From positions 70,308 through 134,307 of the forward strand of contig CAWGJI010000021.1 in assembly GCA_963822895.1 (NCBI GenBank): 64,000 nucleotides of DNA, in the 5' to 3' direction. The notes under the pieces are model-generated. The model saw only the letters and a program-made list of their open reading frames with translations, was not told the origin of the DNA and searched no databases. The translations under genes and the position numbers were made by a program. Below are positions 47,701 to 56,823 of this stretch, one piece after another. The number at the start of each line of letters is the position of its first letter. The first letter of the stretch is position 1. The DNA is from an uncultured Acidobacteriota bacterium. GTDB taxonomy: Bacteria; Actinomycetota; Acidimicrobiia; Spongiisociales; ZC4RG35.

Positions 47701-48201
47701 TCACCCATCGAGCAGCGCCGGTGAGGGGACACTCACCTTCGACACGTTCTCCTCGCCCGGATTGACGCCTGCCCAGGTGAAGTTCCCAGCTTCGAGCAGG
47801 TCCGTCCCGTGGTGCACGAGGATCTGGACAGTCGTCGAGCCGAGGTGACCTCTCCCGATCTCGAATGCGACCTCTCCCTCTGGATCGATATCGCCGAGGT
47901 AGATATCCATCGTCAGGTTCACCTGGGCGCCGCTCTCGGCGTCGTCCAGCGACTGGGTGAGCCCGATTCGGTTCCCTTCAGGCCCCGCAGAAGTTGCCCC
48001 CTCACTGACCGAGGAGAGCGACATCCGCATGGCGTTGGCACCCGATGACAGTCTCAAGAAGGTCCAATCGGATGTCGTCGACATCTTGATCTGGACTGCG
48101 GCGCCCGGCGGCCAGGTCCGTGCCGAGAGCTGGTCGATCCAGTCTGCGGTGAGATTGAGATAGTGCCTCGCTGCCGAGGCTCTCGTAGTCGGAGTAGGCA
48201 T
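47701..48201 (-). CDS. hypothetical beta-rich domain ORF; possibly the displaced C-terminal domain of the upstream GH99-like gene
   Basis: 166 aa with coding-like composition. Overlaps the 3' 200 bp of ORF 48002-49450 in a different frame. Alternatively an independent gene starting at an internal Met (~48030). Confidence 0.35.
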   Translation of the reverse strand: MPTPTTRASAARHYLNLTADWIDQLSARTWPPGAAVQIKMSTTSDWTFLRLSSGANAMRMSLSSVSEGATSAGPEGNRIGLTQSLDDAESGAQVNLTMDIYLGDIDPEGEVAFEIGRGHLGSTTVQILVHHGTDLLEAGNFTWAGVNPGEENVSKVSVPSPALLDG

Positions 48202-49450
48202 ATCCGGAGCCGTTGTCGATACCCGGTTGCGCCGGCTCGATCTGTGTGCCTTCGAGCCACTCGTTGAACGAGGTGATCGTCACCATGTCCGGGGCGAAGT
48301 CCAGGCCGAGTGCGGCCTCCCATTGGGTGCGATAAGTCTCGCCGTTCAACCGTGGTTGATACGTGTCCTCCGCATAGCCGATGCGACGAGCGGACAACCC
48401 TGGCGTCACGCTGGGGACATACCAAGCCCCGTTTGGTATCCCCTCGGCCCATGAGAATCCGTCGGTTTCCTCGAGATGCTGGGACACGTAGTTGTAGAGC
48501 CCATCGAACCGGTTGGAGTCGACCCATGAGCTCTGGAGGGTGTTGCCGATGACGATCGCGCTCTCGGGAAGTGCGTGGATCTCGTCCATCGCTTCTCGCC
48601 AGTAACCCGATTCGACCGGATCCAACTGGAAGTTCGCATACTCGGCGGCCCAAAGGAAGAACAAACCCTTCGATTTGGCCTGGCTCCACTTGGTCGGGAC
48701 GTCGGTTCGGAAGAAGGCAGGGGAGTCCCCATAGTGGTCGTAGAGATACTCGATGTCTTGCACGACGCTCGCCGCGCTCCTCCCGTCACGGGGCTCCAGG
48801 TGGAACGCGATCTTGATGCCGTACCGCTCCCCCTCCTCGAGGAGGACGGGGATCACGAAGTCGGTGTAGTCGCCAGGGCCCCACCAACTGGTGACGACTA
48901 CCCCCACGCCTGCGTTACGGAGCCAGGCGAAATGTTGGGCGACGACGGCCGGGCTCGACGAGCTGTAGGGGCCCAAGACCGGGTAGTAGTCGCTGGCGAT
49001 GTCCTCGGGTGGGTGGAATTGGTTGCTGTCGCTCCACGGCTCCCAGATGCGGTTTGTCTCCTGACTCCGATACCAGGGGTAGTAGAAGGCGGCCACCCGG
49101 TAGGAGGGCTCCGGTCCGACCACCGGTGGGAGAACCGGCTCACTTTGCCCGATGGTGGTTGTCGACTCGACGGGGCCAGCGGTTGTCGCTGCGCCAGACG
49201 CGGTCGTTGTCCCACCTTGGGCATTGGGCTCGGCGCTGCCTTGACAGCCCACGAGCAGGACCAGGGCGAGCACGAGGAGCCTCGATGCGGACGTGATCCG
49301 TCCCGAAGCCAGACTGTGGTGAAGGCTTTGATCAGTCTGAGTGTCTGAAACGTCGATACGTCTCACCTCGACGAAGCTACCCCCGATTCTCGCCCCCACC
49401 CCTGCTGGTATTACCGGCTCTCGACCTCCGTTTTGATATCTGGCAGGCAT
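48002..49450 (-). CDS. glycoside hydrolase, GH99-like (endo-alpha-mannosidase family) lipoprotein
   Basis: Lipobox LLVLALVLLVGCQ. AAFYYPWY...SWWGPGDY...ITSFNEWLEGTQIE resembles GH99 conserved blocks. The last ~50 aa of the ORF look non-protein-like. True start uncertain. Confidence 0.5.
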   Translation of the reverse strand: MPARYQNGGREPVIPAGVGARIGGSFVEVRRIDVSDTQTDQSLHHSLASGRITSASRLLVLALVLLVGCQGSAEPNAQGGTTTASGAATTAGPVESTTTIGQSEPVLPPVVGPEPSYRVAAFYYPWYRSQETNRIWEPWSDSNQFHPPEDIASDYYPVLGPYSSSSPAVVAQHFAWLRNAGVGVVVTSWWGPGDYTDFVIPVLLEEGERYGIKIAFHLEPRDGRSAASVVQDIEYLYDHYGDSPAFFRTDVPTKWSQAKSKGLFFLWAAEYANFQLDPVESGYWREAMDEIHALPESAIVIGNTLQSSWVDSNRFDGLYNYVSQHLEETDGFSWAEGIPNGAWYVPSVTPGLSARRIGYAEDTYQPRLNGETYRTQWEAALGLDFAPDMVTITSFNEWLEGTQIEPAQPGIDNGSGYAYSDYESLGSEALSQSHRRLDRPALGTDLAAGRRSPDQDVDDIRLDLLETVIGCQRHADVALLGQ

Positions 49451-49591
49451 TTTGTGGCGACGAAGGCCTGATGAGGATTCGGTGCGTGGTTCGAAACCAC
49501 ATAGCCAACAATTCTCCCGGACTCGACACTCGCCGGCCGATTACTCATTCGCTCGACATCGACCCTGCCTGCTCACGTAGGTTCAGCCACC

Positions 49592-52153
49592 TTGGAATGG
49601 CCATTGATTGGGCGCGAGCGCGATCTGGATCATGCAGTGGGGTTGGTGGAGTCGGGAATTGGTGTCGCGTTCCTGGGTCCGGCCGGCGTCGGCAAGAGTC
49701 GTCTACTTCACGAATTGGGAGATCGGGCAGAGCGAAGCGGCATGACGCTGGTCCGTGCGGTAGCCGCTGAGTCGACGCGCTCGATCCCCTTTGCCCCTTT
49801 CGTCGAGCTGCTCCCGGAGGGACCGACCCAGGACCGGCTGGCCATGTTCCGACAGGCACTTCGATCACTCCAGGAACGAAGCTCGCAACGCGGGTTGGTC
49901 CTCGCCATCGACGACGCTCATCATCTCGACCCGGGCTCTCTTGCCTTCGTGATCAACACCGTCTCCTCCGGATCGGCGATCGTGTGCCTGACGGCTCGCT
50001 CGGGCTCCGAGATGGATCCCGACCTGGTCGCCCTGTGGACCAATGGAGTCATCGAACGCGCCGACATCGAGCCCCTCGATCGCGTGACCACACGCGCCGT
50101 GGCCGAGGCGCGCCTGGGGCCGGTCAACGATGACCTGGCCTCGGAGCTCTGGAGACTGTCCGCGGGCAACCCGCTGGTGCTTCATGAGTTGATCGAGGGA
50201 GCGATGGGCGGGTCGCTACAACGCTCCGAGAACGGTGTCTGGGCGCAGGTCGGGGAATTGGCCACGTCTTCGCGTCTGGCCGACCTGGTCACGTCCCGTC
50301 TTCGGGCATTGCCGCCCGAGCTACGGGCCGGCATGGAGTTGGTGGCCGTGGGATCGCCTCTGCCACTCGAGACCCTGCAATATGCCATGGACGATGAGAT
50401 TCCCCGGCTCGAGGATCGGGGGTTTATCGCCGTGACCGAGATTGCGGGGCGGCCGGCGGTCATAGCCGGGCATCCCCTGTATGGGGAGATCCTGGCGGCG
50501 AATCTGGCTGAGACGAGACATCGGTCCATATGTCGCACGCTGGTGGAGGCCAGCCTTGGATCTGCCGACACCACCGACCCGCTGCGCGTGGCGATCTGGC
50601 AGCGGGACTCCGGGGAAACCCTGTCGCCACAACTCGCTCTGACGGGTGGAACCCAAGCTCTGATCCGCCACGACCCCGGCCTGGCGGAGCAGTTGGTGCG
50701 ACCACTCGGGACCGGCGACGAGCGCGCCTCCTTGATCCTCGGCCGCGCCTTGAGCTATCAACAGCGTTTCGAGGAAGCCGAGCAAGTCCTGGGCGACATG
50801 ACGCCCGAGGACGAGGTGGTCCTTAGTGAGGTCGCATCAGTCCGCGCCCAGAACCTCGGATTCGGGCTGGGGCGGATATCCGAGGCTAAGGATCTCCTGG
50901 CACATACAGCCGGGAGCATCGCTGACCCCGCCATGCGTGCCCGCCTCAACAACGAGCGGGGGATAGTCTCGGCCATCAGCGGTGATTTCCTCGACGCTCG
51001 AATGGCGAGTCGCGCGGTTCTGTCCGACGAAGGGTCCGATGAGGTGGCTCGCGTCGCTGCCTATGTGACGCTCACCTTGGCGCTTGCGATGACCGCCGAC
51101 TGCCACGGTCTGGACGAGGTGATCGAAGAGGCGACGACGGCGGCAGGAAAGCACCGGGCAGAGCTCCCCTTTGCCAGGGACCAGATCGAGATAATGCATC
51201 TGAGCTCCATGCTCGCCGCCGGTCGCATACCCGACGCGGTCGAGCTCGGCGGGATGCGGGTGGAGCGCACGGATCGAGGCAATGCGATGTCTTCCACCTG
51301 GTATTCGGCGCATAGCCTCGCCCTCGAGGCTGCGGGGAAGTTGGCCAGTGCGGCCGAAGTGGCGACCACCGCCATGGACAGGTACCGAGATGCCGATCCG
51401 TTCGGGCTCGAAGCTCAGAGCAGAGGGATGCTCGCCCTGGCCCTCGGGCAAATGGGGGACCCGGGGGCCATTGCATCGATAGAAGGCCTGGTGCTGGCGC
51501 CACCGGCACCCCGTCTCACCGTTTGGGTGGATCGCGGCCGGGCGTGGTCCGCAGTCGTCGAGGGTGACATCGACGGGGCGTCGCGAATCACTGTCGACGG
51601 AGGCCGATTCGCGGCTTCCGGCGAGCACTTCGCCTGGGCGATGCTGTGTTTCCACGATGCCGTCCGCTTTGGCCGGCCAGACTTGGTCGTTGAGGACATG
51701 ACTGCGATCGACACTTCGAAGGGAGCTGGACTGCTGGCGTTGATGTGGGATCACGCCGTGGTGTCATTCGACTCGGACCCGAAGGGACTTTCGGCGGTCG
51801 CCGAAGGCTTTGGGGGTTTGGGAGCCCATCTACTTGCGGCCGAGACATGGGCCCAGACGGCGAGCATGCACGAAGGAAACGGCGACCTCGCCGACGCGGC
51901 GAGAGCCTGTGCTCGGTCTATCGCACACGAGCAGCGATGTGAGCGGCCCGACACACCCGCACTGCGCCGACGGCCGTCTCTCGTGTCGGTACGTGAGGTC
52001 GAGGTGGCCCTGGACGCCGTATCGGGGCTGACCAGTTCCCAGATCTCGGAGAAGCGGTTCATATCGGTCCGCACCGTCGACAACCACCTCAGCTCGGTGT
52101 ACCGCAAGCTGGCCATAACCGGGCGGGACCAGTTGGCAGGCGTTCTCGGATAG
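49592..52153 (+). CDS. LuxR-family transcriptional regulator, large ATP-binding LAL/MalT-like (STAND NTPase + helical repeats + C-terminal HTH)
   Basis: TTG start. Walker A GPAGVGKSRLL. Long helical middle region. C-terminal LuxR HTH LTSSQISEKRFISVRTVDNHLSSVYRKL. 853 aa. Confidence 0.8.
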   Translation: MEWPLIGRERDLDHAVGLVESGIGVAFLGPAGVGKSRLLHELGDRAERSGMTLVRAVAAESTRSIPFAPFVELLPEGPTQDRLAMFRQALRSLQERSSQRGLVLAIDDAHHLDPGSLAFVINTVSSGSAIVCLTARSGSEMDPDLVALWTNGVIERADIEPLDRVTTRAVAEARLGPVNDDLASELWRLSAGNPLVLHELIEGAMGGSLQRSENGVWAQVGELATSSRLADLVTSRLRALPPELRAGMELVAVGSPLPLETLQYAMDDEIPRLEDRGFIAVTEIAGRPAVIAGHPLYGEILAANLAETRHRSICRTLVEASLGSADTTDPLRVAIWQRDSGETLSPQLALTGGTQALIRHDPGLAEQLVRPLGTGDERASLILGRALSYQQRFEEAEQVLGDMTPEDEVVLSEVASVRAQNLGFGLGRISEAKDLLAHTAGSIADPAMRARLNNERGIVSAISGDFLDARMASRAVLSDEGSDEVARVAAYVTLTLALAMTADCHGLDEVIEEATTAAGKHRAELPFARDQIEIMHLSSMLAAGRIPDAVELGGMRVERTDRGNAMSSTWYSAHSLALEAAGKLASAAEVATTAMDRYRDADPFGLEAQSRGMLALALGQMGDPGAIASIEGLVLAPPAPRLTVWVDRGRAWSAVVEGDIDGASRITVDGGRFAASGEHFAWAMLCFHDAVRFGRPDLVVEDMTAIDTSKGAGLLALMWDHAVVSFDSDPKGLSAVAEGFGGLGAHLLAAETWAQTASMHEGNGDLADAARACARSIAHEQRCERPDTPALRRRPSLVSVREVEVALDAVSGLTSSQISEKRFISVRTVDNHLSSVYRKLAITGRDQLAGVLG

Positions 52154-52292
52154 GCAACTGCCGCCCAAATGAGTAGTCCTGAGGCACCCGTTGAGTATTA
52201 CCGGCCCCCCATCTCGTGTCTTACGGTCGTTTGGCCGGGACGGAGGCGATTCGTCGCGGCTCACCGACTACTGAGAACGAGGCCGAGGGAGA

Positions 52293-53474
52293 ATGAACAT
52301 GGGATGGGCGCGCACTCGCTCTTTGACGATAGGGGCTGTGATCCTCCTTCTGGTGTCGGCCTGTGGCGGCGGTGGGGACGGGTCTTCGACCTCGACCGAG
52401 ACGCCGGCGGGAGCCGGGGCCCAGGCGAACGACCAGAGCACCGACGCCGGGACGGCCAAGGACGACACGGGTGCCGACGAAGCCCAAGCCCCTAGCGAGC
52501 GATCAGCGGTGATCACCGTCGACGGTGAGAGCACCAAGTACGCCCTCGACGATGTGGTCTGGTCTCCGGTCGAAGGCGTGGCCGACGCCACATTCGAGAC
52601 CTGTAGCCCTGACTTCTTCGGATCGGGCCGGTTCTATGCCATCGGATACGCGGTCGACGACAACGGTGAGCTGATACTGGGAGACGGTGACCAGCCCGGG
52701 AGCTTCACCATGGATCTTCCCCCCGACGATTGGGAGGCGACACAGCGAGACGCTCCCGGGTTCGACATCACGTTCGGCGATCTCGACATCGAGATCGCGT
52801 CACCCGAGCAGGCCGCCGGCGGGACGATGACGTGGACCATCGACGACACCAGGGCTTCGGGCACCGCAGTGTTCGTCGACTACGAGAACACTTACACGGT
52901 CGACTTCGAGGTCATATGCGAGGGCGAGCCGACAGTCGACGTCGGGGCTCTCCCTGACGACAACGCCGGTGACAGCGGTGGCGCGACCGCCCTGTCCGGG
53001 GCCGGGGTCGGTTCCTTCGTCGCCGATGGCGAGGCCTTCGATGGTGTCGATGTGTACAGCTGTGAGCCGTTCTCCTTCGGCGACGAGGGGCCCAATCCCG
53101 AGGATCTGTCGTTGCTGGCCTTCCTCGGGGGAAGCAACGGCCTCGAGATCGAAGTGACCCATGGCCCTGGATATGACCTCTCCGATGGCTCACAGTTCGA
53201 CCAGATCACCTTCAGCGCCTTCTTCTCCAGACAGGGCGCCGACGGTCTGCAGCAGTTCGAAGGCTCGGCGACCAATGACGCTAGTGGCGCATGGTTCGTC
53301 AGCGACGACACCGGGCAGCAGACAGAGCTCGCCGAGCCACCGTTCGTGATACAAGGCGATCGGATCAGCGGCGGGCTGGCCGGGCTCGATCAGACCTGGC
53401 CCGACGAAGGCGCCGACATCGTGGATGTCACGTTCGACTTCGAGATACCCGACGTGGTCAACGACAGCTGCTGA
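52293..53474 (+). CDS. acidic secreted lipoprotein, hypothetical
   Basis: Lipobox LLLVSACGG. Asp/Gly/Thr-rich. 393 aa. Confidence 0.55.
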   Translation: MNMGWARTRSLTIGAVILLLVSACGGGGDGSSTSTETPAGAGAQANDQSTDAGTAKDDTGADEAQAPSERSAVITVDGESTKYALDDVVWSPVEGVADATFETCSPDFFGSGRFYAIGYAVDDNGELILGDGDQPGSFTMDLPPDDWEATQRDAPGFDITFGDLDIEIASPEQAAGGTMTWTIDDTRASGTAVFVDYENTYTVDFEVICEGEPTVDVGALPDDNAGDSGGATALSGAGVGSFVADGEAFDGVDVYSCEPFSFGDEGPNPEDLSLLAFLGGSNGLEIEVTHGPGYDLSDGSQFDQITFSAFFSRQGADGLQQFEGSATNDASGAWFVSDDTGQQTELAEPPFVIQGDRISGGLAGLDQTWPDEGADIVDVTFDFEIPDVVNDSC

Positions 53475-53501
53475 TCGGCCCCTTGGCAGATCAGTGATCT
53501 C

Positions 53502-54107
53502 TCAGGTGTACTCGTCGCGTTGTTTCTCGGCGCGGCCGGCCCCGATCTTGGTCTTGACCTTCTTCTCCTCCTCAGGCGGTGGCAGGGCGGCTTTCATCCC
53601 CAACGACTCGATCCAAAGCTCACGAGCCCAGCCCTGGGTGTGGAACAGGTGCATGGCCTCCTGCTCGCCGACTTCGTCATAGGCCTCTTCGAGGGCGTTT
53701 CTCAGATCAGCGTCGAGCTCCGAGCCCGCCTCGGCAGCGAGATGAGCCAGCAGCTCCCAGTTCTGGTGATCCTTGGTCTCGGCCTCGACTACCGACTCGG
53801 CGGCCACCAGCTGAGCGGCTCCGGGACCGGCATCACTCATTGCCATCTCCATTGCCTTGACCAGGGCCTCACCCTTGTGTCGCACGACTTTCCGCCCGGG
53901 GCTCTCGGTCGATGGGTCCAGCCCGGCAGCATCGAAGATCCGCTCCAGGATCTTCTGATGGGTCCGTGTCTCCTCGAGGTACTTCTGCCACTCCTTGCGC
54001 AAGTCATCGTTCTGGGCACAATCCAGTGCCTTCAGGTACACCTGCTCGCCCCCCAACTCGGTCTCCATCGCCTGATAGAGCAACTCTTCGAACTGTTGAC
54101 GTTTCAT
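53502..54107 (-). CDS. ferritin-like domain protein (DUF892/YciE-like)
   Basis: Start at internal ATG 54107..54105 with GAGGAGG RBS. Four-helix E-x-x-H-like pattern (ELGGEQVY...EETRTHQKILERI; EAETKDHQNWELLAHLAAEAG). The upstream part of the 256-aa ORF is junk. Confidence 0.6.
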   Translation of the reverse strand: MKRQQFEELLYQAMETELGGEQVYLKALDCAQNDDLRKEWQKYLEETRTHQKILERIFDAAGLDPSTESPGRKVVRHKGEALVKAMEMAMSDAGPGAAQLVAAESVVEAETKDHQNWELLAHLAAEAGSELDADLRNALEEAYDEVGEQEAMHLFHTQGWARELWIESLGMKAALPPPEEEKKVKTKIGAGRAEKQRDEYT

Positions 54108-54216
54108 CGGTCCTCCTCGGTGGTCGGTCAGATCGGATACCCCATGTGCGCCGCGCCCGAAACCTGATTTCGCCAAGGACGTCACGCGGTGTCTCGAGCC
54201 TCTGGTCGCCGCTCGG

Positions 54217-54579
54217 TCAGACTCTTGCCTCGATGTCTTCCAACGCATCCTGAGTCGAGGAAAAGAGATCAAAGAGATCGCCGAGATCGAGCAGGTCGAT
54301 CACCCTTCGCACCCGCGCCGAGGGGACGATGTTGAAACGGCTTCCTTTGGCGAGGATCTCCGATCGCCCTTCGATGAAGGCGCGAATCCCGCGGGCGTCG
54401 ATGAAGCCGATTCCTCGTGCATCGATCACCAATTCCGTGCGTCCGGTTTGAGCTAGGTCGGCGAAGACCTCGCGAAGGCGGGGAGCAGTGAGAATGTCGA
54501 GCTCGCCATTGATGGTGAGGACCGTGGCCAGATCGGTCTCATCGACATGCACCGAGAATTCTGCTTCAGAACTCGCCAT
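54217..54579 (-). CDS. STAS domain protein (anti-sigma factor antagonist, SpoIIAA-like)
   Basis: LTINGELDILTAPRLREVFADL...ELVIDARGIGFIDARGIRAFIE is the STAS fold. 120 aa. Confidence 0.75.
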   Translation of the reverse strand: MASSEAEFSVHVDETDLATVLTINGELDILTAPRLREVFADLAQTGRTELVIDARGIGFIDARGIRAFIEGRSEILAKGSRFNIVPSARVRRVIDLLDLGDLFDLFSSTQDALEDIEARV

Positions 54580-54607
54580 GCCTTACCCGCTCGGTAGTGC
54601 CCCTTAC

Positions 54608-54639
54608 TACTTGCTCATCTGAGCATAGATGAGCAAGTA
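54608..54639. promoter_or_regulatory. perfect 13-bp inverted repeat TACTTGCTCATCT-gagcat-AGATGAGCAAGTA in an AT-rich divergent promoter region; candidate MerR-type operator
   Basis: Seen directly (cccttactacttgctcatctgagcatagatgagcaagtatttgg). The region is locally AT-rich against a ~67% GC background. It lies between the STAS gene (-) and the MerR-REC/kaiC operon (+). Confidence 0.5.
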
Positions 54640-54734
54640 TTTGGTGGTCAAGAACGCGAAGAATGAGGTATTGAATAGGTTATGGGCAGGCTTTTGGAGA
54701 CCTAGGACTGGATTTGAGCAACTAAACTGGGCAG

Positions 54735-55385
54735 ATGGTGGGATCGACACCTGTGTACAGCATTGGGACGGTCGCAGAGACACTCGGCATCCCCGCCAGC
54801 ACATTGAGGACCTGGGAGGACCGTTACGGTCTGGTGGTCCCGACTCGAAGTGAGGGGGGACATCGGCTCTACAGCCGCCAGGACCTGGAGCGATTGCGTT
54901 TCATCGCCGGGCATCTCGCCGAGGGGATGCAGCCGGGCGAGGCTCATCGGCTGCTGGCCGATCAGGTCAGGGCCGGCTCGTCGCTCACCGAGGCAGCCCC
55001 CGAGGCACCACGACTTGGAATCCTCCTGGCGGAGCGGGACCCCTATTCAGCCGAGCTGGCCGACTACTTCCTGCGAACCGAGGGATATGAGGTCACGGTG
55101 GCCTTCAGCTCGGTGGAGGCCGAGGCGAAGTTCGATCTCGAGAAGCCGGAATTGGTGATCATCGACCTTCTCATCTCCGACGGCGGCGGACTGGCGCTGT
55201 GCAGACGTCTCAAGGACGAGGGTCATACCCGGGTTCTCGCGGTCTCATCGTTTGCTTCGAGGGACGCGGCGCTGGCGCATGGTGCAGATGCCTTTCTTCA
55301 AAAGCCGCTCGAGCCCTTGGAACTGGTTTCAACGGTTCGGGACCTGATGCGCGACAGCGCTTTGGTCCCCGGCGTGAACAGGTGA
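54735..55385 (+). CDS. MerR-family HTH + receiver (REC) domain hybrid regulator
   Basis: N-terminal YSIGTVAETLGIPASTLRTWEDRYGLVVPTRSEGGHRLYS is a MerR HTH. C-terminal receiver fold (LGILLAERDP...ELVIIDLLISDGGGLALCRRLK...TRVLAVSS). 216 aa. Confidence 0.7.
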   Translation: MVGSTPVYSIGTVAETLGIPASTLRTWEDRYGLVVPTRSEGGHRLYSRQDLERLRFIAGHLAEGMQPGEAHRLLADQVRAGSSLTEAAPEAPRLGILLAERDPYSAELADYFLRTEGYEVTVAFSSVEAEAKFDLEKPELVIIDLLISDGGGLALCRRLKDEGHTRVLAVSSFASRDAALAHGADAFLQKPLEPLELVSTVRDLMRDSALVPGVNR

Positions 55386-56779
55386 GCAGACAACGCACCC
55401 AGAGCGGGAACCTGCGTCTCGATGAGATCCTGGATGGAGGGGTGCCGGCCAATTCGATGCTGTTGATCATGGGTCTGCCCGGTGCGGGCAAGACCGTCAT
55501 GGCCCAGCAGTATCTCTATCACAACGCGACCACTGAGCGGCCCGGTGTGTATCTGTCGACGGTGTCCGAGCCCATGGAGAAGTTGCTGCGCTATGGGCAG
55601 AGCCTCGAGTTCTTCGACTCAGATGCGATCGGCACCAGGGTTCACTATCAGAGCCTTGCCGAAGTCCTCGACGACCAGGGACTGGAGGGGGTTTTCGAGA
55701 GAGTCGAGGCCATTCTCAAGGAATACAAGCCGAGCTCGATAGTGATCGACAGCTTCAAGGCCCTCCATGACTACACCGTCAGCGATACCGAGTTTCGAGG
55801 CTTCATGCACCGGCTGGCGGCGCTGCTGTCGGCATTCCCGGTTCTTACGGTCCTGGTGGGCGAGTACTCCCCGGAGGCGGTGGCCGGCCTGCCCGAGTTC
55901 GCCGTGGCGGATGCGATCTTCTCACTCGAGTTGGAAGCCAGCGACCATCGTGAAAAACGCGTGCTCCAGGTGATCAAGCTGCGGGGGAGTGACTTCAAAT
56001 CCGGACGTCATGCGTACCGCATCACAAGTTCCGGTCTGCAGATATTTCCACGGCTGGCGGATCAGATCGACATCCACACCTATCAGCTCCCCCCGGACCG
56101 GATAGAGATCGACATCCCGGGCTTGGAGCTGATGGTGCCGGACGGGTTGTGGAGAGGCTCCTCCACTGTCGTCTCGGGGAATTCGGGCTCGGGCAAGACT
56201 CTCTTTGGTCTCCATTTCATCTTCTCCGGAGCCGATGGAGGGGAAACCGGCATGATCGCCACCTTCCAGGAGAACCCGGTGCAACTGGCGCGGATCTGCA
56301 GCGGCTTCGGCTGGAACCTGGAATCGGACATGGTTCACGTGGCATATCGCTCTCCTGTGGACCTGCATATCGACGAGTGGGTATACGACCTGCTGACCCA
56401 GGCCCAGGACGCCGGCGTCAAACGGCTTCTGATCGACAGCTTGGGGGACATCAAGATCGCGGCAGACGAAGAGGTTCGCTTTCGCGAGTACATGTACTCG
56501 CTTCTTCAGAGACTGTCGCGGGCCGGGATCACCGTGGTCATGACCCAGGAGAGGGACTCGTTCTTCGCCACCGACAAGGGGACCGCCGGAGAGATCTCAC
56601 ATCTCTCTGACAACATCGTCCTTCTCGACTTCGAGATCGAAGAGGACCATCTGAATCGGACGATGACGGTCCTCAAGACACGAGGATCCGATCACGACCA
56701 CACCGTGCGGCTCTTCCGGATAACCGAGCACGGCATGGTGATCGACGATGGCAAGACTCGTGGCGGGGACGGCTCATAG
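55382..56779 (+). CDS. kaiC: KaiC-family double RecA-like ATPase (circadian clock protein KaiC homologue)
   Basis: GTG start in GTGA overlap with the upstream stop. Two tandem RecA/DnaB-like domains, each with a Walker A (GLPGAGKTVMAQQY; GNSGSGKTLFGLHF) and KaiC-like blocks (VIDSFKAL, LIDSLGDI, LKTRGSDHDH). 465 aa. Confidence 0.75.
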   Translation: MSRQRTQSGNLRLDEILDGGVPANSMLLIMGLPGAGKTVMAQQYLYHNATTERPGVYLSTVSEPMEKLLRYGQSLEFFDSDAIGTRVHYQSLAEVLDDQGLEGVFERVEAILKEYKPSSIVIDSFKALHDYTVSDTEFRGFMHRLAALLSAFPVLTVLVGEYSPEAVAGLPEFAVADAIFSLELEASDHREKRVLQVIKLRGSDFKSGRHAYRITSSGLQIFPRLADQIDIHTYQLPPDRIEIDIPGLELMVPDGLWRGSSTVVSGNSGSGKTLFGLHFIFSGADGGETGMIATFQENPVQLARICSGFGWNLESDMVHVAYRSPVDLHIDEWVYDLLTQAQDAGVKRLLIDSLGDIKIAADEEVRFREYMYSLLQRLSRAGITVVMTQERDSFFATDKGTAGEISHLSDNIVLLDFEIEEDHLNRTMTVLKTRGSDHDHTVRLFRITEHGMVIDDGKTRGGDGS

Positions 56780-56823
56780 ATCGACACGATCGCCCAGCCC
56801 ACGGTGGCCCTGCCGGTCGAGGG

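Noticed and set aside
55382-56779. Complete kaiABC clock cluster
   Set aside because: Only a KaiC homologue is present. No KaiA- or KaiB-like ORF was found in the flanking 5 kb on either strand.
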